From: Octopus bimaculoides
Taxonomy: Eukaryota
Assembly (NCBI RefSeq): GCF_001194135.2
Contig: NC_068982.1
Span: forward strand, 131,660,061 to 131,715,705
Direction: 5' to 3'
DNA: 55,645 nucleotides
Every line of letters starts with the position of its first letter. Within the stretch, counting starts at the first letter, position 1. Below, in pieces: positions 1-13,330 of the stretch. The position numbers and the translations under genes were made by a program. The notes below the pieces were generated by a model that worked only from the letters and a program-made list of their open reading frames with translations, had not been told where the DNA came from and made no database searches.

Positions 1-62
<62 letters not shown>

Positions 63-396
63 TGTGTGTGTGTGTATAACTTGTTACAACCCACCTTTTT
101 TTCTTAAGTTTTCACAATTTGCTTAAAACCCTGATAGTGATCCCTTTTTACTTTCTGTCTTTTTAGTCGTAAGTAAACACAGACATGTAGTCGCATATGC
201 ACACATACCCTAATACACATATGCACGTGCATGCACACATACACACGACTCCAAATCTGTGTCTGTCTCTGTCTTTCTCTTAACTCATACATGTATATTT
301 CCTTTCTCCTAGCTTACATATTGATATATCTAATTATACATTTAAACGAATACATTCTCGTACAGGTATATATAAGCCTTTATCGTGCACGTAAGC

Positions 397-427
<31 letters not shown>

Positions 428-591
428 CATACATACATACGTATAGATATATGAATATTTGTGCTTGTGCACGTGTGTGTGTGTGTGTAAATATATATAT
501 ATATATATATGTAAATGTATGTATATATATATATATATATGTAGATATATATATGTAGATATATATATGTATATATATGTATGTATGTGTG

Positions 592-627
<36 letters not shown>

Positions 628-637
628 NNNNNNNNNN

Positions 638-706
<69 letters not shown>

Positions 707-871
707 ATGTAGATAGATAGATAGATAGATAGATGTACGTATACATACATAATCACGCATACATACTGTTTTACATTTCTACCTATGTCAGCCCGTTGGC
801 TGTGGCCAGACTGGACTGCGTCTAAATTCATATTTATATATCATGAAATAATACAATGTGATAAATATGTA

Positions 872-926
<55 letters not shown>
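1..926. repeat. Compound microsatellite field: (TG)n, (TACA)n, (TA)n, (AGAT)n, (CA)n
   Basis: Read directly from the sequence. Includes a 10-N gap at 628-637 and runs into the gap at 927-1443. Confidence 0.95.
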
Positions 927-1443
927 NNNNNNNNNNNNNNNNNNNNNNNNNNNNNNNNNNNNNNNNNNNNNNNNNNNNNNNNNNNNNNNNNNNNNNNNNN
1001 NNNNNNNNNNNNNNNNNNNNNNNNNNNNNNNNNNNNNNNNNNNNNNNNNNNNNNNNNNNNNNNNNNNNNNNNNNNNNNNNNNNNNNNNNNNNNNNNNNNN
1101 NNNNNNNNNNNNNNNNNNNNNNNNNNNNNNNNNNNNNNNNNNNNNNNNNNNNNNNNNNNNNNNNNNNNNNNNNNNNNNNNNNNNNNNNNNNNNNNNNNNN
1201 NNNNNNNNNNNNNNNNNNNNNNNNNNNNNNNNNNNNNNNNNNNNNNNNNNNNNNNNNNNNNNNNNNNNNNNNNNNNNNNNNNNNNNNNNNNNNNNNNNNN
1301 NNNNNNNNNNNNNNNNNNNNNNNNNNNNNNNNNNNNNNNNNNNNNNNNNNNNNNNNNNNNNNNNNNNNNNNNNNNNNNNNNNNNNNNNNNNNNNNNNNNN
1401 NNNNNNNNNNNNNNNNNNNNNNNNNNNNNNNNNNNNNNNNNNN

Positions 1444-1477
<34 letters not shown>

Positions 1478-1734
1478 CAACGAATATATATGCATGTATA
1501 CACACATATATGTATATACTTACATCTACATGTGTATATAGATGCATATCAGGGTACAGGACGTTAGAACAATGAACTACAGACAGCGGAACGAACACAT
1601 AGGAAAACAGAAAGCCACTTGGAATTATTCATCAGCTGCCTCTATTCTAACTAGACGTTTCGAAGATAAGGCAGAACGTACTCTAGAATAGTCTCTTCCT
1701 GAGTAGTGGATCAACCCACTAAACAGAGGATTCC

Positions 1735-2330
1735 AAGGTGGCAAACGTAAACCAAGACAGCAAAAATTCGACAGTGAAAACAACATGAAAAATTTCGTCA
1801 GGTTTTACGTTCTGAGTTCAAATTTCGCCGAGGTCGACTGTACCATTCATCTCTTGGGGATCAATATAATTGACTTGCTCCCGCCCCTAAACATTTTCAA
1901 GCCTTATGCCTGTAGTAAAAGTATTATAAATTAAGTGGGCGAGCAAGCAGAATCGTTAGCACGCCGGACCAAACGCTTAGCGGCATTTGAGCTCAAACCC
2001 GCCGAAATCGACTTTGACTTTCATCCATTTGGGGTGGATAAAATATGTAACAGTTGACCACTTCGGGTGATGTAATAGACTAGCACAGCCCTGCAAAATT
2101 TCAGGCCTTGTGCCTACAGTAGAAAGGGTTGGTAGACTCGTTAAAATGTCGGACAAAATGCTTAGCGGAATTTCTTTTGAGTCTTTACATTCTCTGCTCA
2201 AATTCTGCCGAGGTCAATGTTTGCCTTTCAACCTTTCAGGGTCAATAAAATAAGTACCAGTTGAACACTTGGGTTAATTTAATCGACTTAATCCCTCCCT
2301 TAAAACTGCTGGCCTTGTCCAAAAATGAGA
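1735..2330 (+). mobile_element. Cluster of three tandem or truncated tRNA-derived SINE family B copies
   Basis: Repeated motifs (a)gcagaatcgttagc, gagttcaaatt(t/c)cgccgaggtcgact and tcaataaaataagtaccag match the intact copies at 13117 and 45282. Boundaries approx. Confidence 0.8.
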
Positions 2331-2508
2331 AGCCATTATTAAAATTTAAATTGCAGTCACTTAATTGTTGAATATCTTGGATACATTGAGCTGGAAGGAA
2401 AATGTTGACCAACCGAGTTAGGGATTCGGGTTCTATTGCCACTGACGGCCCTTCGAAACGATATAACCACACAACTTTTGTACAGTTTCTCCTATAAATA
2501 TGATTAGG

Positions 2509-2900
2509 TTTATTACTTCCGCCTTAGCGAAGGCGGAGGTATTGTTTCCGGTCTTGTTTATTTGTTTGTTTGTCTGTGGACAAGATATCTCAAAGACTGC
2601 TGGATGGATTCGGATGAAACTTTCAGGGATGTTTGGCCTCGTGACTGGCACGACCTGATTAGATTTTATGATCGATCCGGTACAGGACAAGGATTCTGGA
2701 TTATTTTTTCGGTTTAAAAAAAAAAAAAATTTTTTTTACTTATTCTTGAGAGCGGTCGGATTCATTTTTAGTATTCTTGTTTGTGAGAGCAGTCGAGTTT
2801 ATTTCAGATATTCTCATTTTAAAATCATCTCCGGCTAATCGTTGAGAGGACGTTGGTATTGCCTTGGTGGAGGCTTGCGCTTTCTGAGTATTCTTGTTTT
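2509..2900 (+). mobile_element. Non-autonomous Helentron-associated element (HINE / DINE-1-like)
   Basis: 5' hairpin cttccgcctt-agcg-aaggcggagg; (TTTG)n/(TGTC) tract; 3' subterminal inverted repeat ccttggtggagg, then short stem gcgctttctgagtattc and a T-run. T-rich flanks and no TSD. This is the established HINE architecture. Confidence 0.6.
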
Positions 2901-3284
2901 TTTTTTATTGTGGTATATCTATTTATTTGTGTGCCACTTAAGACGCATTGCATTGTGGTTAGGTTGTTGGATTGACGGTCAAAAAGTTGTAAGCTCGATT
3001 CAGGGATCAGGCAGTGCGTATGTTTATACAGAAGGCAGTTCATATTACATTGCACCAGTCTACTCAGCTACAATGAGTACCACCTTCTCTTCCTCCAACT
3101 GCCATGCTCTGGTTGTTACACCGGGTCAAGCGAAAATCTCCGTGAGGTTATCTATATATGCTCGTGACTACATAGACAGCCCGAATAATTAAAGAATGCA
3201 TGGTATTCCTCTCTTGACCTGGTGTAATATTCAGGACATAACAATTTGAGGAAGAGACTGAGTTGCTCCATCATTGATCTGATG

Positions 3285-3422
3285 CTTATTGTAGCTGGGT
3301 AGACTGGTGCAATGCGACGTAAATTGCCTTGATCAAGGACGGACGCACCGCCCGGATCAGAAACCAAACCAACGACTTTATGATCGTCAGACCAACACGC
3401 TAACCACTAAGCCGTACACCTT
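3285..3422 (-). mobile_element. SINE family C-like 5' head fragment
   Basis: Reverse complement reads ggtgtacggcttagtggttagcgtgttggtctgacgatcataaagtcg..., with an A-box TGGCNNAGTGG-like motif. Similar to the copy at 40352. Confidence 0.65.
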
Positions 3423-3755
3423 AACAAACAAAGCAAATTAAAATCACATAAATACAGTACAATAACAAAATACATAGCCACAGTTATATTTATAGAAAGA
3501 GGAAAGAGAACATGAAGTGGGGAGGTTCTGTCATTTCAAAAGGGTTTAGTGGCGACATTAAAGTATGGAGTGGTTTCAAACTGCTTCCATTGCGATTAGA
3601 ATCCAAACCCCTGACACAGCCGGTCAGAATATTACTTCCTACGAAATTTATAGATAACACCCAGACTCTGTTGACAGTTACGTGACTGTAGCTAATAATG
3701 TTTCAATAGTTTTCATCAACAGCCTGATATAAAATTGGATATTTTTTTATGACGG

Positions 3756-3757
<2 letters not shown>

Positions 3758-3810
<53 letters not shown>

Positions 3811-4086
3811 NNNNNNNNNNNNNNNNNNNNNNNNNNNNNNNNNNNNNNNNNNNNNNNNNNNNNNNNNNNNNNNNNNNNNNNNNNNNNNNNNNNNNNNNNN
3901 NNNNNNNNNNNNNNNNNNNNNNNNNNNNNNNNNNNNNNNNNNNNNNNNNNNNNNNNNNNNNNNNNNNNNNNNNNNNNNNNNNNNNNNNNNNNNNNNNNNN
4001 NNNNNNNNNNNNNNNNNNNNNNNNNNNNNNNNNNNNNNNNNNNNNNNNNNNNNNNNNNNNGAGAGAGAGAGAGAGAGAGAGATAGG

Positions 4087-4137
<51 letters not shown>
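3758..4137. repeat. (CA)n, gap, (GA)n, (GATA)n microsatellite
   Basis: Read directly; gap at 3811-4060. Confidence 0.95.
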
Positions 4138-4139
<2 letters not shown>

Positions 4140-5005
4140 TATTGGTAACTATAATTCCACTTGTTGAAATTAATCGGCAAGTCACGGTTTGATTATGTTT
4201 GAATAATGCCTGATGAAACTGGGAATTTACATGTTGTACGATGTTATCCAAGATACTACATTATGGCTACATTATAATTGCAGAATTGTCAAATCAGCTG
4301 CATGCGATTGGTTTGGTTCCGGTCAGGAACTTATTCTGTTATGCCGGAATTCTCCTCGCAGCTGTGCGCTGTACCACAAGTCTGGGAAGTTGTATGTGAT
4401 TGACTGGTGTCCTGCCTAGGGCATGATAAGCCGCAAATATAGATTTCTTGAGACATAGAAATGAATAAATACCGTCCAATTTCACATAAAATAACTTTTT
4501 TAAAGTGGGAAGGCTGTTGGTTAGCGCTATTTGAACAGATCCATGGAAAAGCAGTAGCTGATTGAATAAATTAGTCAGGGGTATTTCATGCTTAATTGTT
4601 TAATTAAGGATTGTGTTAGACTAATTGTTCTCGTGAATCCATGTACTGTGCACGAAAAGTTTCTTTCCAATGTATAGAACTGGATAAAACTTTGGTCTTA
4701 TGGAACACCAGCAGGTGTCACTGCATGCAAGTCTCCCGTTTTCCAAGATACTAATGTTATGCAAGAAGGAAGAGAAAATTAGATACAACTTCTTATCAGA
4801 ATCGTGGCGACGTTGCCGTCAGAGCGTAAACTCCAGAAAAGAACACAGATACCATGAAGTATCTCAACCGACGCTACTGCCAATACACCGTCTTTGACTG
4901 ACGCTTTATAATATAGCGACCTCGAGACCTGACAGGGATTTCATCTTAGAGCATCAGAAAAATGCTGTGAGGAAATCTGCTCTGACGACTCTGCCGTTTC
5001 ATCGC

Positions 5006-5352
5006 CGAACGTTTTTCTGTCATTGGACTGCGGTCATGCCGAGGCTCCATCTTGAAAGGTTTAGTTAAAAAGAAAAAAAAACCGATCCCAGCATTTATAT
5101 TTTAAGTCTAGTGCTTATCCTGTCGGTCTCTTTTGCCGAAGCTACTAAATTACGGGAGCGTAAACAAACCAAAACCGGTTGTCAAATGATGAGAGAAGGG
5201 GACATACAAAAGCATAAACACACACACTTATAAACAACGGGCTTACACAATCTCATTCACAAAGCATTGCTCAGTCAGGGAGTTTTGTAGAAAACATTTG
5301 CCCAAGGTGCTACGCAACGGGACCGAACCTGAAACTATAGCCATGCCTGCGT
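5006..5352 (-). mobile_element. Diverged bipartite SINE family A
   Basis: Contains reverse complements of both the 3' module (tgcggtcatgcc...ttttgccgaa) and the head (cccaaggtgctacgcaacgggaccgaacc). Boundaries approx. Confidence 0.7.
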
Positions 5353-5649
5353 GCTCCTTAAGAAATTAAACGTAGAGTCACGAGTTTAATGTTAAATAAA
5401 GAGTCTATTTATTATGTTTTGAGGAGACTTGGATGCCGCATTCAGTAAAACTGGACGATTTCAGAGAAGCTTGTTGGCTTGCGTACAATAAATTCTGGTG
5501 AGGCGGTAAATTGCTGTTGAAGTTACGCGTACTATTGAATATCTTATTGGTTATCTTTTGTGTATCTAAATTGTTGTACATTTCAAAACAAATGTGAAGT
5601 ATCGTTGAGTTGCAGTTCAATTGATATAATCTTTTTTAATTTTGGCGCA

Positions 5650-5852
5650 AGTCCAACAAGTTTGAGAGGAGGAGGCAAGTCAATTACACTAGCCCTCAGT
5701 ACTTGAATGATACTTATTTTATCTTCGACCCCAAATGGATGAATGACAGAGTCGACCTCAATGGGATCTGGACTCAGAACGTAAAGAGTTGGAAGAAATG
5801 CCGCCAAGCATTTCGTCCGGCGTGCTAACGATTCCGTCAGTTCGTCGCCTTA
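5650..5852 (-). mobile_element. SINE family B
   Basis: Reverse complement begins taaggcgacgaactgacggaatcgttagcacgccggacgaaatgcttggc. Confidence 0.85.
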
Positions 5853-6362
5853 GTTCAATTTGCATTAAGAATGCAAATACCCTTTGCTTTCGCTTTTCAG
5901 TTTCAAATTTTCCCCATGTTCATTGTAGTTTTATTTATTTGAAATTTCGACTTATGTACGGAATTGCCCAGATTACAAACACAAAGTTCTTCATTGTGTC
6001 ACGAGAGCTGAAAGTAATTCCTGAAGAATCAAACAGAAATGTTTTAAATTCTATATATCTGAGATGAGGAATTTTTATATTGTCTTAGCCGAAGTGGTGT
6101 TCTCATCTTGAGCATACAGAGCCAAAACGTAGTGAAAGCAACAATCACGATGAGGATGGGACTCCGACTAATACATAATATAGAAATTTCTCATCTCAGA
6201 AATAAAGAATTTATCCAATCGATACGGAGCCGACATAATTCTTCAATGGAGGTTTATAAGCCTGAAAAATTCACTCTGTCACTGCCTACAGGAATGGCGT
6301 TGTGGATAAAAACGCTGGTTAACGCAGTGCAGTTACTAAGAGATCCTGAGATCTGAACTAAA

Positions 6363-6490
6363 CAAGACACTAAGTTGTCTCACAAGACACTAAGCTGGCT
6401 CACAAGACTCTAAGCTGGCTCACAAGACACTAATCTGGCTCAGAAGACACTAATCTGGCTCAGAAGACACTAATCTGGCTCAGAAGACAG
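6363..6490. repeat. 20-bp minisatellite, about 6.5 units (CACAAGACACTAAGCTGGCT)
   Basis: Read directly. Units switch from taagctggctcac to taatctggctcag midway. Confidence 0.95.
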
Positions 6491-6525
6491 CTGACGGAGG
6501 CTGGAACGTACACAGCAGAAACGTT
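6491..6525 (+). ncRNA. Degenerate Penelope-type minimal hammerhead ribozyme motif
   Basis: CTGACGG-A-GGCTG-gaacgtaca-CAGCA-GAAAC-GTT. One core mismatch (A9) and one stem II mismatch. Confidence 0.4.
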
Positions 6526-6917
6526 GTGAAAGCAACAATCAAAGTGATAACGCTACAACAAAATATAGGAATGTTTTATTTTACATTACAGATAATTAAA
6601 AGAAACAAAAAACCCGCGTAGGACTTCATCAAGAGTTGAACTAATATCATTGTAGTTGATATAGTTTTGAAGGCATTTTATGGTTATTGTCGATGTTAGA
6701 TCCAATATCAGCCCTGCTCAAACACGTATTATCAAAGACATTCAAGTCATGACTATCCCTTTTATTTTGTGCTTTCTCTTTTCAGGGATAATAACTTCTC
6801 CAAATTATGTTTTTCTTTATAAAAATGGCAGCGCAAAATTTGGAGGAGATTTGGTTGCAAGGTCTAACCGTCAAGTAACGATATAGATGCTCCTTTATTG
6901 ATTCGTACAATTATTTG

Positions 6918-7065
<148 letters not shown>

Positions 7066-7458
7066 TAAATGAATAGATGGATTCATGGTTGGTTTTCCGC
7101 CGGTTTTGACGATGAGAATTCAGTTCCTCGTTTTGCTCAAGTGTATTAATATAATTCTCAAACTGTATCAATGTGACACAGTGTCTGCCAAGGCTGTACC
7201 ATTCAGTTACAGATACAATCCATTCAGCTGGCTTCCATACAGACTCTGTTAACCCTATTTAACTCATAGTTTATGGGTCAGCCTGAAGCTATTCAAAATA
7301 GCATTTGCTCAAATATCCACACAGCGGATTCGATTCCAAGCTTTCGTGGTTGCGAAGCAAACTTGTTCCCATCCACCACACACCACACGTACACATACAC
7401 ATATATACACACACATACACACGCATATGTATACATATGTGTGTGTGTGTGTGTGTGT

Positions 7459-7780
7459 GGAACGTGACTTAGTGTTTTGGATATTCGGCTTAAGGTCGTA
7501 AGGTCGTGAGTGCGATTTCCGGTGGCCTTTATTTTCCTTGAGCAAGACACTCTATTCCACGTTGCTCCAGTCTACTCAACTGGCAAAAATGAGTTGCACG
7601 TGTAATTCAATGGGCCAGCCTTGTCACATTCTGTCAAATGCTAAACCTCCCTGAGAACTACGTTAAGAGTATGCGAGTCTGTGGAATACTCAACCACTTG
7701 CATGTTAATTTCACGAGTAGGCTGTTCCGCTGATCGGATCAACTGGCACAGGCGTCGTCGTAAGCGACGGAGTGCCAGTT
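7459..7780 (+). mobile_element. tRNA-derived SINE family C
   Basis: Head gtgacttagtg...gcgatttccgg; body ccttgagcaagacact...ccctgagaactacgttaag...gacggagtgccagtt. Colinear with 40352-40677. Confidence 0.85.
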
Positions 7781-7989
7781 ATATTAATATATATATGGGC
7801 AGATATTCTCTTATCCGAAATCCTTGGAACCAGGCGTGTTTCGGAATTCGAATTTTTTCGGATTTTGGAAATGGCAGTGCAGTATATTCATAGATACATC
7901 CTCTGTTATAGTCGTGGTTCCCAAGTAGAGCTAAGGTCAACTCCATCTAACTTTGAAAATATAATTCTGATTCAGCAGCATAATGATAG

Positions 7990-9950
7990 ACTGCCTTTTA
8001 AAAGAGTTCTTCCAGTGTTCTCTGTCTCAATAACCCAGGTTTCTGTTTAGGCAGTCTCTATCCGAGTAAACTGCCATATTGTCATGCTCACTGATAAACA
8101 AATTGTTCCACACCAGCAATTAACTGATTACACTTCGCCATATCAACTACGGAGATTTTTCAACTTGTACTCACAATGTTATCTTCATTACAACTATCCC
8201 CATGCATTATTGATAGTCTCCAGCACTTCTTCGATGTCAGCTGTTTCTAACACATTCACACATTCAGCTGACGTATTTACACTTTCGGCGAAAGCAATAA
8301 GGTTTGACATTATTTTCTCGCAAGCCGCAAGGAATCCTTAAAGTCGTCATCTGTAGGTTCCTTTTTGCAACACTTAGTTCTATGCCAACTTTTGTTGCAA
8401 GCATTTTTTAATGTTGATTTAGTAACATCTTTCCAAGTATTATCAAAGTGTGTAAATGACATCCTTAAGACTGAACACTTTCAGGAAGTTTTTAAATCCT
8501 ACAACTTTGTGGACAATATCAAGCATACAGTTATGAAAAGCATTTATATTTGATCTTCATGGAGTACAAAATACGTTGGTCAAAAGGTTGTATTAAAAAT
8601 GTCACATTGGATAGAAAGAAAACGCTGAAAGCTTTATTTTTTCAAAGACTTCTAAGAAGTGAGGGCACAGTTTTCTTGGACCAATAAAATTGTATAGTTC
8701 TCTTCCAGCCCGGTTTCCTCACAATGAGCTCATGTTCCTGGTACGTAAGGGTTGTTGAACCAATCGGTAAGTATTTCTCTGGTTACCCACATTTCGTTGC
8801 TTGCATAATAATGCGCATGTAAATTTTGTACATCTTTAAAGTAACTTGGATGTTTTTTTTTCAATCAGTACCAACGTTACCTGGTGTGTGTAAGCAGCTT
8901 TTGGCACACGCAAGAACACTCACCCTGTCCTCAACATCTTTGAAACCTGTTGTAGTTTTTTCATCAACTATTGTCATTGCTTTTTTTGGAGTCGATGTAA
9001 ACGACTTGTGCCCCTCCCCCAAATTTCTGGTCTTGTGCCTATAGTAGAAAGGATTAACAGTACCATAAAGAAAGTTATGATATATGTTATAACATTCTAC
9101 ATCCGCTATCATTAAAGACTTTCCTTATATATAGACGTATACTTAACTTCAAATATAATTAACACTCAGTTCAAATGATTCCGAGGATTACTTATTTCTA
9201 CCTTGGCGATATTTTTCCTTTTTTGGACTTTTCCTCTTCCCTTTTTCCATTCCAACGAAGAGCTATACTCGAAATGTCAAAAACTCTCTTTTTCTTGAGT
9301 GTCAAACTAGGACATGTACTCGTCCTCTTGTTTGTTATTTTTAATGTTCGTTTATTTAATTATATATATATATACTTATATTAGCCAGGAATGAAGGGGC
9401 GTATCACTGACCCTTTTCAAGGCTTTCGAGACAGTAGAGAATTTGATTAATCTGTATTATAAGTTTGTTCTGTACTAAAGTTTTCATCAAATATCATCTT
9501 GGCAAATTCGTCTGTGTAACTTTCAATTGCATTAGAATCTTCAGGAGCTTTTTCACTGCCAATCTTTTTAGATATTTTACACCTATTCCGCTTCTTAAAA
9601 GTCTGCAGTCAAACTCCTAAATATTGACACTTACCTTCACTGTTCAGTTCTCCCTGATTATTTTATAGCTTCTTTCATGATCATCAGTCCAGTCAGTACC
9701 ATACTTTCAGTTCTGCGTTGTCAAACCCACTCCATCAGTACACAGTCAAGATCTGCGTTTTTTGCTCTATGCAATATGTTTCTACTTTTCAGCAGTTTTT
9801 TCCCCATCTGTTTCTTTATGTGGTCATTTCTTTATATTGTTGTAGTTCCCACATCACAATCTTCCATAAAATGCTGCAAAGATACCCCACGGTCAAATTT
9901 CTGCAATAACTCTGCTTTCTGACAGATGCATCCTTTTCTATTTCTCAGTT
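7990..9950 (-). pseudogene. pogo/Tigger (Jerky/CENP-B-like) DDE transposase pseudogene
   Basis: Minus-strand fragments: HRAKNADLDCVLMEWV*QRRTESMVLTGLMIMKEA (CENP-B-type HTH), ENFSTEQTYNTD, KKAMTIVDEKTTTGFKDVEDRVSVLACA and C-terminal RQRTLEELF*. Many stops and frameshifts. Extent approx. Confidence 0.85.
8990..9435 (+). repeat. Duplicated copy of 13269-13721 inserted into the Tigger ORF
   Basis: About 445 bp, roughly 88-90% identical by eye to 13269-13721. Contains a SINE B 3' end, its TSD, a hammerhead-bearing fragment and (TA)n. Confidence 0.9.
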
Positions 9951-10199
9951 ACCCATAGGGAAATTCGCAGCTCTTTTTGACGTTTTCTCAGTCTTCAAAG
10001 CCACACAACTACAAAACATTAAAAATATATATCAGCGAGTAACAGAGGCACTTCTGATTGCAAGAAATGCTGAGACACAATTGGTGTTGGTTGAGTTTGG
10101 ATCACATCCAATATGCATGGGGCTTAACAAAGAGCAGATGATCTCCGTGAAAAACCTTTCAGTTTTCAGAATTTCAGATTAGAAATTATCTACCTGTAT

Positions 10200-10554
10200 C
10201 TACATACATACATACATACATACATATATACATACATACACACATACATACATTCACACACACATGCATACATACATACATACATACATACATACATACA
10301 CACATACATACATTGAAACATACATACATACATACATTCACACATACATACATACATACATACACACATACATATACACATACATAGATACATGCATGCA
10401 TATATACACACATACATACATACACTCATTTACTATTTGTTTTTACATACACACATACATACATAATGCATGCATGCATACATATATTCATGTATATATA
10501 CATACATGCATGCATATATGCATACATACATATGTGTGTGTGTATACACACACA

Positions 10555-10608
<54 letters not shown>
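10200..10608. repeat. (TACA)n and (CA)n microsatellite
   Basis: Read directly. Confidence 0.95.
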
Positions 10609-10610
<2 letters not shown>

Positions 10611-11040
10611 AAGGTTAAGCAATTCAAGAACAGGGCCAAAAACGTTGAAACTAGTAAAACTAAGATAAATAAACAAAAATTTAAAATTTAAAGAATTAAT
10701 CCGTACAGAAATTCTCATTACAGACTTCGTCTTTGGGTTTACATGTAACACATTTTTGGCAACATTAATTTAAATGGGACTTTATTAATTTCTATCCAAA
10801 CCTTCATTCAATAAATTCCAATCGAGTCTCAGAGGGCAAAATAAATATTGATAGTTTTAAAAATACTCTATTGATTTAAAACTACTCTATTGGTTTAAAT
10901 ATACTCTATTGATTGAAAAATACATAATAATAGATTTAATCGGTACTAAATACCTCGCCACTTCTCTCCAATAAACTAACATAATCATCAACCTAAAACC
11001 AGATATATCGATGAGAAGGACAGTACACCTAAAACAAAGA

Positions 11041-11042
<2 letters not shown>

Positions 11043-11101
<59 letters not shown>

Positions 11102-11150
11102 GCTGTTGTTGTTGTTGTTGTTGTTATTGTTGTTGTTGTTGTTGTTGCTG
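11043..11150. repeat. (GTT)n microsatellite with GCT/ATT interruptions
   Basis: Read directly. It accounts for the poly-Thr ORF at 11029..11286. Confidence 0.95.
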
Positions 11151-11595
11151 CTCTTCTTAATTCCAGGTCGGCTTTGAATTTGATTGAGTAGACTACGATC
11201 AAAGACAAACTAGCTATGATCAACCCGATATATTCAGATATTTGTGTATCCGAAACAACACCTATCGAAAAATGTTTATCTTTCATCCTTTCTTCTGTTT
11301 TTTTTTTTTTTACCTTTCTTTCTGTTTATATTTTTTTTATTTTGCATTAATACAGTTGGGAGAAAATATTGAGGGGAAATTGTTTTGGCTACTATTTCTA
11401 GCATTATGTCGGGCGAATACGAAGATGCCTTCTGGCGGTAACACTACTACGTACGTTGGCTAGTAAAAATATTAGCATTGTTGTAATTCGGTTTATTTGT
11501 GAATATAATTAGAAAAAGATTCTTCCACCCTCCGAACTGTCCAGTTCTATAAAAATGGACAGCTGTCTGTTAAAAGTGTATGCATAGCACACATC

Positions 11596-11645
11596 ACTAC
11601 TACTACTACTACTTCTACTACCACCACCGCCACCACCATCATTAC

Positions 11646-11684
<39 letters not shown>

Positions 11685-11845
11685 CAGTGGTAATGCTATT
11701 GGTGGTAGTCGTCGCTACTGTAACAGCGGTGGTAAAGGTAGCGCTAGTATCAGAAAAGTAATAGTGGTTTTAGTAGTTGTAATATCAGTTGCTGTCGCGG
11801 TAGTGATGACTGTTGCCATGGTTACTGTTGTTGTTGTTGCTGTGT
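11596..11845. repeat. Trinucleotide low-complexity region: (ACT)n(ACC)n, then (AGT)n(GGT)n, decaying into GTT
   Basis: Read directly. The strand flips at attactagtagt (~11641-11652). Confidence 0.85.
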
Positions 11846-11949
11846 GTTTGGAATTTTTTTTTAATTTTTTAATTTTTTTTTTTTACCCATTATTTTATTT
11901 CTTCTGTTTCTAATGTAGTGGCGACCGCTGTCGTGTAATAATCGATTCG

Positions 11950-12160
11950 AACACGGGCACAAGGCCTGAAATGGGCGAGGTGTGTCAATTAAAATTGATC
12001 TTCCCCAATAGTTGACAGGTATTTTATTTTATCGATCCCCACCAGGCGAAAGACAAAATTTGACCTCGGTGGCATTTAAACCCAAAGCATAAAGTGCCAT
12101 TTCAAACAATACAAGGCATTTCGTCAGACGCTCTTGTGATTCTGCCAGTCTACCGACCTG
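11950..12160 (-). mobile_element. Diverged SINE family B
   Basis: ggcacaaggcctgaaat tail and tttgacctcggtggcatttaaacc in reverse orientation. Boundaries approx. Confidence 0.7.
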
Positions 12161-12339
12161 CTGTGGTATAATGATAAGTAAGCTCCTATACGACCCGATC
12201 TACAATCCAGTTTCGATTCCTAGCTGAAGCCATTCAAGTACGTCGCTCATTGGTTTTCCTCAAGATTGAATGTTAAATGTCTTTACTTTCTTTTTAACTT
12301 ATTTTAATCCTTTTCCTGTTGTATATTCTTTTATTCTTT

Positions 12340-12811
<472 letters not shown>

Positions 12812-13116
12812 TTAAAGTTATTTATTGTTTCTATGGTCATGAGAGACTTCGAAGAATTGCTTCTTTGTTGTAAGTTCGGTTCCTTTCAAATCAGTCTTAT
12901 ATTTTCTCCTTGCGAAATAGGAAAATTAAATGCCTGTAATATACTGACGCTCGCAAAACGATTAATGCTCCCTATTTAGATTTCTTTGTCTTGATTTTAT
13001 GACATGGACTAATCAGCGAGATGTCATTATTAGTTCTCCCTGAATCACACACGAGGCTTCGGTTCGATATCCAGCTTTAATCTCATTAAGTTCATTCGTA
13101 TTATCAGTACCATAAA

Positions 13117-13330
13117 AAGGCGGTGAGGTGGCAGAAACGTTAGCACGCCGAGCGAAATGTTTAGCGGTATTTCGTCTGTCACTATGTCCTGAGTTCAAAT
13201 TCCGCCGTGGTCGACTTTGCATTCATTCTTTTCAGGATCGATAAATTAAGTACCAGTGAAACACTTGAGTCGATGTAATCGACTTGTTCCCTTCCCCCAA
13301 ATTTCTGGTCTTGTGCCTATAGTAGAAAGG
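13117..13330 (+). mobile_element. Full-length SINE family B with 17-bp TSD
   Basis: TSD attatcagta(c/a)cataaa at 13100-13116 and 13331-13347. A-box-like aggtggcagaa and B-box gagttcaaattcc. Confidence 0.92.

Larger units (their letters stand above)
7796..10196 (-). mobile_element. pogo/Tigger-family DNA transposon, decayed and interrupted by an insertion at ~8990-9435
   Basis: TA on both sides (7794-95, 10197-98). Degenerate ~25-bp TIRs: tgggcagatattctcttatccgaaa versus reverse complement caggtagataatttctaatctgaaa. Subterminal ttcgga repeats resemble Tigger/MER46-type ends. Confidence 0.85.

Noticed and set aside
1650-1715. Hammerhead-like GAAACGTC on the minus strand
   Set aside because: The CUGANGA box is doubly mismatched and stem II is long and poorly paired. 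A similar weak case at about 45037-45060 was also dropped.
5424-5497. Possible plus-strand exon ETWMPHSVKLDDFREACWLAYNKF
   Set aside because: The donor is good but the acceptor is atypical (GAG). No homology recognised and no partner exon.
10864-10918. Three copies of a 19-bp unit tactctattgatttaaaac
   Set aside because: An ordinary short slippage duplication in AT-rich DNA.
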